DNA from: Felis catus
Taxonomy: Eukaryota
DNA length: 64,000 nucleotides
Reading direction: 5' to 3'
Assembly (NCBI RefSeq): GCF_018350175.1
Contig: NC_058368.1
Coordinates: forward strand, 132,992,001 to 133,056,000
Shown: piece after piece, positions 39,101 to 49,300 of the stretch
Layout of the letters: every line of letters starts with the position of its first letter
Numbering within the stretch: the first letter of the stretch is position 1
The notes under the pieces: model-generated
Told to the model about the DNA's origin: nothing
The model's database searches: none
Seen by the model: the letters and a program-made list of their open reading frames with translations, nothing else
Position numbers and translations under genes: made by a program

Positions 39101-42100
39101 TTTAAGAATACTGTTCACTTGAGAGCATTAAGGATTCTTTTGCTTTTGTATATTTGAATTGTCCTGTATTTAAATTGCTATATTTTTAAATGACATATTT
39201 TCATCTTTCAGGGAAAGGCGTAGGAGGAGAAGCAGGAGTTCTTCCAGATCACCAAGAACATCAAAAACTGTAAAAAGGAAATCTTCTAGGTCTCCGTCCC
39301 CTAGGGGGTAGGTTGAAAGCATGTGCTAAATCCAAGGACCGAAGTGGGGGAAGAGAAATTTTCTTTTTAATCTATTTTTAAACTTTATTTATTTATTTTT
39401 ATTTTTTTTAATGTTTTATTTATTTTTGAGAGAGACAGAGTGTGAGCGGGGGAGGGGCAGAGAGAGAGAGAGGGAGACACAGAATCCAAAGCAGGCTCCA
39501 GGTTCTGAGCTGTCAGCACAGAGCCTGACGTGGGGCTCGAACCCATGAGCTGTGAGTTCATGACCTGAGCTGAAGTTGGACACTCAACCGACTGAGCCAC
39601 CCAGGTGCCCCTGTTTTTATTTTTTTAAGGCTTATTTATAGAGAAAGAACATTAGCAGGTGGGGGGCAGACAGAGGGAGAAAGACAACAGGAACAGGGGA
39701 GGGCACAGAGGGAGAGAGAGAGAATACAGGCAAGGGAGGGACAGAGAGCGAGTGGGGGCCAGAGAGAATCCCAAGCAGACCCCATGTGGGGCTCAAACCC
39801 ACAAACCCTGATGAGATCATGACCTGAGCTGAAATCAAGAGTCGAATGTTTAACCGACTGAGCCACCCAGGTGCCCCATTTTTAAACTTTCTATTTTGAA
39901 TGAGTAATGTTTTATACATTTTCATGTTTCAGAAATCACAACAGTATAAAAAGTTATACATCAATAGGTCTTAACTTCACCTTTGCACTCATCTACTCTG
40001 TCCCCATAAGTAATGACTTCACTTTTTTGTATTGTAGATCCTTTCAGTTTTGTGTATAGGTATACAGTATGGAAATAGTTTTTTTCCGTATTTCTTTCTT
40101 AAAAGGTAGTACAAAATACACACTGTCGCGCCCTTGCTTTTTGTTACCCAACTACCTGGAGATCTTTACGTATTCATCAGAATGTTGCTTTGTTCTTTTT
40201 AACAACTGCATGGACTTCAATTATGTGGCAGTAACGTGGTTTTATTTAACCATCCTGTGGTAGAATGGGTTTTCTTAATTTTCCTATTGTAAATGATACA
40301 GTACTGTAATGAATAGCTTTGAACTTACTTTGTCCTGTGCAGGTGCATGGGAAAATTCCAGAAGTGGTATTATTGTGTCAGAGATGAGGCATGTTTGATT
40401 TTGAGGAGTATTTCTGTACTGCCTTCCAAAAGGATTGGCAGCAGTTTGCACTTTAACCGGCTGTGTATGAGAGTACCTGTTTTCCTATAGCAACAACATA
40501 CTATATTATTAAAGTTGTGGATTTTTGTCTGTCAGATAGATGAGAAACGGTACCAGTATCTAGTAATTCTAGTTGCATGTCTTTTAAGAGTGAAGGTGAC
40601 CATGCCTTTATATATTTGAAGGCCATTTTTATTTCCTGTGAGTTGTTCGTGTACTTAGGCCGTTTTTCTATGGGATCTGGTTTTTGTTTGTTTTAAAAAT
40701 TTTCTGGGGCGCCTGGGTGGCACAGTCGGTTAAGCGTCCGACTTCAGCCAGGTCACGATCTCGCGGTCCGTGAGTTCGAGCCCCGCGTCAGGCTCTGGGC
40801 TGATGGCTCGGAGCCTGGAGCCTGTTTCTGATTCTGTGTCTCCCTCTCTCTCTGCCCCTCCCCCGTTCATGCTCTGTCTCTCTCTGTCCCAAAAAATAAA
40901 AAAAAAACGTTGAAAAAAAAAATTAAAAAAAATTTTCTTATTTCCAGAGCTGTTTTTTGTATTCTTTTTTTTTCCTCTTCTTTTTTTAACTCTACCCCCA
41001 TTGTGAGGCTTCAACTCCTGGCCCCTGAGATCAAGAGATGCTCTTCTGACTGAGCCAGCCAGCCCCTGTATTAGGGAGATTATTCCTTAGTGATTTGATA
41101 CCAGGTCTCATTCCTAGTTTGTCATTTGTTATCAGAAATTACTTACGAGACTTGATTATACAAGTTCTTGATTTTTTTTTAAAGTTTATTTTGATAGAGC
41201 ATGTGAGCACGAGTGGAGGAGGGGAAGAGAGAGAGGGAGACCAGAGAGAATTCCAAACAGGTTCCACACTCAGCACAGAGCCTGACTCGGGACTCAAACT
41301 CAGTAACTATGAGATCTTGACCTGAGCCAGAATCAAGAGTCGGATGTGTAACTGACTGAGCCACCCAAGTGCTTAAAGTTTTTGATTTTTATATGATTTC
41401 TCAAGTTTTTTCTTTTTTTTTTCTATTTTTAAAAAATGTTTATTTATTTTTGAGAGAGAGAGGGAGGGAGGGAAGGAGGGAGGGAGGGAGGGAGGGAGGT
41501 AGAGGTTTGAACCAGGCTCCGTGCTGACAGCAGAGAGCCTGATGTGGGGCTTCAACTCACAAGCTGCGAGATCATAACCTGAGGTGGGGTTGGACGCCTA
41601 ACTGACTGAGCCACCCAGGCGCTCTCCTTGCTGCCCCGCCCCAACCTTCTTTTAATGTAAACTCTGTACCCAGCGTGGGGCTCAAAACTCAAAACCCAGA
41701 GATTGAGAGTTGCATGTTTTACACACTGAGCCAGACAGTGCCCCTCAAGTGTTTCCTTTTATGACTTCTGGATTTTGAGTTATAAAGTTAGAAAGGTCTT
41801 TTCTAGAGAATTCCCGCCCCCAATTGTTCCTTTTCATACTTTATGGTTTTAGGTTTTGCATTCAGGTAAGCTTTCTTATTGATCAATACCATTTCTTAAA
41901 AACTCAGCTTTTCTTTTTTCTTTCTTTGTTTTTTTAATGTTTATTTTCAGGTACTGAGTGTTTCTATTTGTGTTTGGGTCTGTTTCTGGGTCTTCTCTGG
42001 AGTGGTTTGATGATTCATGCCAGTGCCCATGATTTTTATTATTCGGTTTGTGTAATATTTTTTTAACATTTAGTAGGGTCGATTCTCCTCCACACTTCTG

Positions 42101-42219
42101 CTGTTTTTTTGAGCTTTCTTGACCATTCTTGTGTGTTTTTCCATTTGAACATAAGAGTCAGTTGTTGAGGTTCTAAAAGTAAAATCTGGTGATGATGTGA
42201 ATTATAGTTGCATTAAATT

Positions 42220-42299
<80 letters not shown>

Positions 42300-42382
42300 T
42301 CCTTCTTTCCTTTCCTTCTTTCCTTCTTTCCTTCTTTCCTTCTTTCCTTCTTTCCTTCTTTCTTTCTCTTTCTCTCTTTCTC

Positions 42383-42443
<61 letters not shown>

Positions 42444-42559
42444 TCCTTCCTTCCTTCCTTCCTTCCTTCCTTCCTTCCTTCCTTCCTTTTCCTTCCTTCC
42501 TTCCTTCCTTCCTTCCTTCCTTCCTTCCTTCCTTCCTTCCTTCCTTCCTTCCTTCCTTC

Positions 42560-42622
<63 letters not shown>

Positions 42623-45600
42623 TCACTTTTTTCTTCCCAGTTACTTAAATTCAAGTTAGTTAACACATAGTGTATTGGTTTCAGGAATAGAATTTAGTGA
42701 TTCATCACTTACATACCATGCTCAGTGCTCATCAGAAGTGCCCTCCTTACGCCTATCATCCATTTAGCCCATCCCCCACCCACCTCGCTTATCAACCCTC
42801 AGTTTGTTTTCTGTCTTTAAAAGAGTCTCTCTCGGGGCGCCTGAGTGGCTCAGTCGGTTAGGCGTCCAGCTTCGGCTCAGGTCATGATCTCACGGTCTGC
42901 GAGTTTGAGCCCTGCGTCGGGCTCTGTGCTAACAGCTTAGAGCCTGGAGCCCGTTTCAGATTCTGTGTCTCCCTCTCTCTCTGCCCCTCCCCTGTTCATG
43001 CTCCATCTCTCTCTGTCTCAAAAATAAACAAACGTTAAAAAAAAAAAAAAAAGTCTTTTATGGGGGTGCCTAGGTGGCTCAATTGGTCAAGCATCCAACT
43101 TTAGCTCAGGTCATGATCTCATGGTTCATGAGTTTGAGTCCCACATTATACTCTATACTGACTGTGGAATGTGCTTGGGATTCTCATACTCTACCCCTTC
43201 TCTTTGCCCCTCCCTCTCTCTCTCTCTGTCTCTCCAAATAAACAAATAAACTTAAAAAAAAAAGTTAAAAAAAATTTAATCATTAAAGTCTCCTGGTTTG
43301 CATTCCTTTGTATTATTATTTTTCCTTCCTTCCCCCATGTTCATCTTTTTGTTTCTTAGATTCTACATATGACTGAAATCATATGGTACTTGTCTTTCTC
43401 TGACTTATTTCGCTTCGTGTAATACACTCTAGTTCACTCCCTCCACGTCATTGCAAGTGGCAAGATTTTATTCTTTTTGATCGCTGATTGTATATATATA
43501 CCACCTCTTTATCCATTTATCAGTTGATGGACGTTTGGACTCTTTCCATAATTTGGCTGTTGTTGGTAATGCTGCTGTAAACATTGGGGTGCATGTGCTC
43601 ATTTGAATCATCATTTTTGTATCCTTTGAGTAAGTAAATACCTAGTAGTCCAATTGCTTGGTCACAGGGTAGTTTATTTTTAACTTTGTGAAGAACTTCC
43701 ATACTATCTGAGTAGCTGCACCAGTTTGCATTCCCACCAGCAGTGTAAGAGGGTTTCCCTTTCTGCACATCCTTGCCAACATCTGTTGTGTCCTGAGTTG
43801 TTAATTTTAGCCATTCTGACAGATGTGAGGTGGTGTCTTATTATGGTTTTGATTTATATTTCCCTGGTGATAAGTGATGTTCAGCATTTTTTTTCATGTG
43901 TCTGTTAGGCATCTGTATGTCTTCTTTGGAGAAACTTCTTTGATAAGTTATCAGTACTTTATAGATTTTGCATACTAGCCCTTTATTTAATAAGTCATTT
44001 GCAAATATCTTCTCCCATTTTGTCATTTGCCTCTTAGTTTTGTTGATGGTTTTCTTCACTATGCAGAAGCTTTTTATTTGATGAGGTCCCAATTGTTTAT
44101 TTTTGCTTCTGTTTCCTTTGTCTCTGGAGACATGTTAAGTAACACCTTGCTACAGCCGAGGTCAGAGAGGTTTGCTTCCTGTGTTCTCTTCTAGGATTTT
44201 GTTCCTGTGTTACATTTAGGTCTTGGGTCCATTTTGAATTTATTTTTGTGTGTGGTGTAAGAAAGTGGTCTAGGTTCATTCTTCGGCTTGTTGCTGTCCA
44301 GTCTTCCCAGCACCATTTGTTAAAGAGCTTCTTTTTTTTCCATCAGATATTTTTCCCTGCTTTGTTGAAGATTAGTTGACCATATAGTTTTGGGTCCGTT
44401 TGTGGGTTCTTTATTTTGTTCCATTGATCTGTATGTCTCTTTTTATGCGAGTACCATACTGTCCTGATAATTACAGCTTTGTAATACAAGTTGTGGTCTG
44501 GAATTGTGGTGCCTCCTGCTTTGTTTTTCTTTCTTTCTTTTTTTAAAAAAAAATTTTTAATGTTTATTTTTTTTATTTATTTATTTTTTTTTATTTTTTA
44601 AAAAAAAATTTTTTTTTTCAACGTTTATTTATTTTTGGGACAGAGAGAGACAGAGCATGAACGGGGGAGGGGCAGAGAGAGAGGGAGACACAGAATCGGA
44701 AACAGGCTCCAGGCTCTGAACCATCAGCCCAGAGCCTGACGCGGGGCTCGAACTCACGGACCGCGAGATCGTGACCTGGCTGAAGTCGGACGCTTAACCG
44801 ACTGCGCCACCCAGGCGCCCCTGTTTATTTTTTTTTTAAGAGCGGGAGAGAGCACTAGCCGGGAAGGGACAGAGAGAGACGGCTCCAAAGCAGGCTCTGC
44901 TGTCAGCACAGAACTTGATGTGGGGCTTGAACTCATGCACTGTGAGATCATGACCTGAGCAGAAGTCAGATGCCTAACCCACTGAACCACCCAGACGCCT
45001 CTTTTTTTTCTTTTTCTTTTTAAAAAATTTGTTTGCTTATTTATTTATTGAAAGAGAGAATCTCAAGTAGGCTCCATGCTGTCAGCACCGAGCCCAGTGT
45101 GGGGCTCAGTCACCACCTGAACCAAAACCAAGAGTCAGAAGCTTAACTGCCTGAGCCACCCAGGCACCCCTTGCTTTTCTTTTTCAACATTACTTTGGCT
45201 ATTTAGGGTCTTAACCAGGTTTCATACAAATTTTAGAATTATTTGTTCTAGCTCTGTGAAAAATGCTGGCGTTATTTTGATAAGGGTTGCATTGAATGTG
45301 TAGATTGGTTTGTTTTAACAGTATTTGCTCTTCCAATCCATGAGCATGGAGTATTTTTCCACTCCTTTGTGTCGTCTTCATCTTTTTTCATAAGTGTTCT
45401 GTAGTTTTTAGAGTACAGATCTTTGACTTCTTTGGTTAGGTTTATTCCTAGGTATCTTAAGGTTTTTAGTGCAGTCGTAAATGTCATGTACTCCTTGATT
45501 TCTCTTTCTGTTGCTTCATTATTGGTGTATAGAAATGCAGCATTTCTGTATGTTGATTTTATATCCCACGACATTGCTGAATTCGTGTTTTGGCAGAGTC

Positions 45601-46284
45601 TTTCTGGTTTTCTACATAGCATATCATGTTGTCTGTCAAGAGTGAAAGTTTGACTTCCTCCTTGCTGATGTGGATGCATTTTATTTCTTTTTGTTGTCTG
45701 CTGAGGCTAGGACTTCAAGTACTATGTTGAACAACAGTGGTGAGAGTGGACATCCCTGTGTGTTCCTGATGGGAAAAGCACTTAGTTTTCCCCATTGAGG
45801 ATGGTATTAGCTGTGGGTCTTTGGTATTAGCTGTGGGTCTATATGACTTTTGTGATGTTGAGGTATGTTCCTTCTTTCTCTACTTTCTTGAGGGTTTTTA
45901 TCAGGAAAGAATGCTATATTTTGTTAAATACTTTTTTTTGTATATTTTGAGATGATTGTATGGTCCTTATCCTTTTATTTATGTGGTGTATCACATTGAT
46001 TGATTTGTGGATATTAAACCACCACTGCAGCCCAGGAGTAAATCCCACTTGATCGTGGTGAATAATTCTCTTAATGTATTGTTGGATTCGATTTGGTAGT
46101 ATCTTTTTGAGAATTTTTGCATCGATGTTCATCAGGGATATTGCTCTAATTCTCGTTTTTAGTGGGCACCAGTTGGATTAACTTTATTAACTTAGAAGAA
46201 ATTTATAGATGTATTAATAAATAAAGCCTTATGATGGTGAGTCTATCCAGGAACATGGTATATATTTCTACTTATTTAAATTGT

Positions 46285-46322
<38 letters not shown>

Positions 46323-49300
46323 TTAAGATAGAGCAAGCAGGGGAAGGGCAGAAAGAGAGGAGGATAGAGGATCCAAAGCAGGTTAGGTGCTCACAGCACA
46401 GAACCCGATGCGGGGCTCGAACTCTGGAACCAAACCATGAGATCATGACCTCATCTGATGTCGGACGCTTACCCGTCTGAGCCACCCAGGCGACACTAAA
46501 TCGTCCTTAGTATTTTTTAGGAGTGCTTCAGTGTTCGTTTCATACAGATTTTATGCACCTTCTGTGTTAATGAGGTCTTTTGTTGTTAATGAGGTCTTTT
46601 CTTTCATTATGTCCTCTAATTGGGTGTTTTGTGCAAATGAAGGTTATTGATTTCTCTATATTTATTTTTCATCCCATCACCTTAATAATTGGTCAGAGTT
46701 TTTCAGTTGGTTTTCTGTGGTTTTCTTGGTATGGAACAGAGAAATTGACAAACTTTGCCAGAGTGTGAAGAGGGGCATGTTTCTCAGCAGGTGTCTTGTG
46801 TTTATTTGCTTGTGGGTTATTGTTTTTAGGTGAGAATAATGGAAAGCATAGGATACTGTAGTTGTGGGTCATATAAATGTATTTTTAATACTTTGCTCAT
46901 ATAAATTAAAACTTTACTATAATGAACTCAAATTAGACAAAAAGATGGGTTCACAAAGTCATTCCCTCCTCATTTCTTCTACCTTGCGTCCTATCCACCT
47001 TCTGTAAGTGATCCATTGTTTTTATCCTTGTGTTTCTTTTGCAAAATTAAGTAGATCTATCTTAGGATTTCTCCTTCAGAATAAACAGCATATACAATAT
47101 ATATACTGTGTGTGAGTGTGACTGTATGTAGCCCCACTTAAACTTTGGGTGTGTGTTTTTTTTTTTAATTGAGAAATAACCCAAATATCATAAAATTCAC
47201 TTGTTTAAATGTGCGATTCATTGGTTTTTAGTTAGGTTCACAGTAGTGTCCATGACTAGTCTGACTTACTGTGTCTGTGAATTTGCCAGGTCTGGACATT
47301 TCATATATGGACTCATGCAGTACATGTAGTGTTTTGTTTCTGGCTTCTTTGACTAAATGTAATGTTTTCAAGGTTCATGTTTTACCTTGTGTCAATACTT
47401 CTTTCCATATGTGAGCAATATTCCATTGTGTGGATGAAGCTATGTTTTATTTCTCCATTCTTTAGTTGATGAACTTCTTCGTATTGTTTCTGTGTTTTAG
47501 CTGTTAAGAGTAGCTGCTCTGGGGGCGCCTGGGTGGCCCAGTCGGTTGAGCGTCTGACTTCAGCTCAGGTCATGATTTCGCAGTTTGTGAGTTCAAGCCC
47601 TGTATCGGGCTCTGTGCTGACAGCCCAGAGTCTGGAACCTGCCTCAGATTCAGTGTCTCCTCCTCTTTGCCCCTCCCATGCTCATTCTCTGTCTCTGTCT
47701 CTCTCTCTCTCAATAATAAACGTTAAGAAAAAATGAAGCTGCTATGAACATTCATGTACAAGTTTTTGTGTGGATATATGGTTGCATTTCTCTGGGATAC
47801 CTGTCTGGGAGCGGTAATTGCTGAATCCTGTGGTACTCTCTCATTATCTTGTTGAGTAACTGCCAGACTGTTTTCACACATTTACCTTCCCAACAGCGAT
47901 GTGCAAGGGCTCCAGTTTCTCCACGTATTCACCAACACTTGTTATTGTCTGCTTCTGATTATAGTCATTCTTCAGGAGTGTAGTAGCATCTCATTGTGGT
48001 TTTGATTTGCATTTTTCTTTTTTTTTTTTGAATTTTTTTTTTTCAACGTTTATTTATTTTTGGGACAGAGAGAGACAGAGCATGAACGGGGGAGGGGCAG
48101 AGAGAGAGGGAGACACAGAATCGGAAACAGGCTCCAGGCTCTGAGCCACCAGCCCAGAGCCTGACACGGGGCTCGAACTCACGGACCGCGAGATCGGGAC
48201 CTGGCTGAAGTCGGACGCCTAACCGACTGCGCCACCCAGGCGCCCCTGATTTGCATTTTTCTAATGAATGGTGATGTTGAGCATCTTCTTGTGTGCTTAA
48301 TTGACCATCTCTGTACCTTTGGAGACCTGTCTTTGCAAGCTTTTTGCCCATTTCAAATTGGGTTATTTGTATTATTTATTTATTTATTTATTTTTTAGTG
48401 TTTTATTTATTTTTGAGAGAGAGAGACAATGTGAGTGGGAGAGTGCCAGAGAGAGAGGGAGACACAGAATCCGAAGCAGGCTCCAGGCTCTAATTGTAGT
48501 TCTGTAAATTCATTTATCCTATACCAGATAAATGATTTGCAAATATTTCTCCTATTTTGTGGGAGGCATGTCTTTTCACATGCCTGAAGTTTTTAATTTT
48601 GATGAAGACAGATTTATCTATTTTTTCCTTTTGTTGTCTTTGCTTCTGGTGTCATGTCCAAGCAATCACTGCCAAATCCAGTGTCATGAAGATTTTCTCC
48701 TATGTTTTCATCCAAGAGTTTTATGGTTTTAGCATCTACATTTAAGTGTTTGATCCAAGCTTTTTGAATCAAAAAAACTTTGACTCAGGTTTTTAATATA
48801 GTATAAGATAATGGTGCATCCTCGTTCTTAATGCAGGAGGATATCCATATCCAGTTTTCCCAGTACCATTTGTTGAAAAGATTGTCCTTTCCCCATTAAA
48901 TGGGTTTTGGCATCTATGTCAAAAATCATTTGAGCCATATATGTGGAAGTTTATTTCTGGAGTTTCTGCTGTATTCCATGGGTTTATTTTCAGTCCTTAT
49001 GTAATACTACACTGCTTTGGTTACTGTACCTTTTGTGTAGTAGGTTTTGAAGTTCGGAAAAGCTTCGACCTTTGTTCTTTTTAAGATTGTTTTGTTGATT
49101 TGATGTCCTTTAAGATAGTGCATGAATTTTAGGATGGGTTTTCTATTTCTGGTAACAACAGCAATGGGATTTTGATAGGGGTTGCATTGAATCTGTAGGT
49201 GGCTTTGGACACTGTTGTCATCTTAACAGTATTTAAATCTTCCAGTCCATAAACATGGATATTTATTTATTTGTCTTCATTTCTTTCAGCACATTTTTTG

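Noticed and set aside
42197..42670. 137-157 aa KERK/FLSF ORFs
   Set aside because: Microsatellite translations
43520..46132. Reverse-transcriptase-like peptides as a possible active or novel retroelement
   Set aside because: Ordinary 5'-truncated, frameshifted L1 ORF2 interrupted by SINEs
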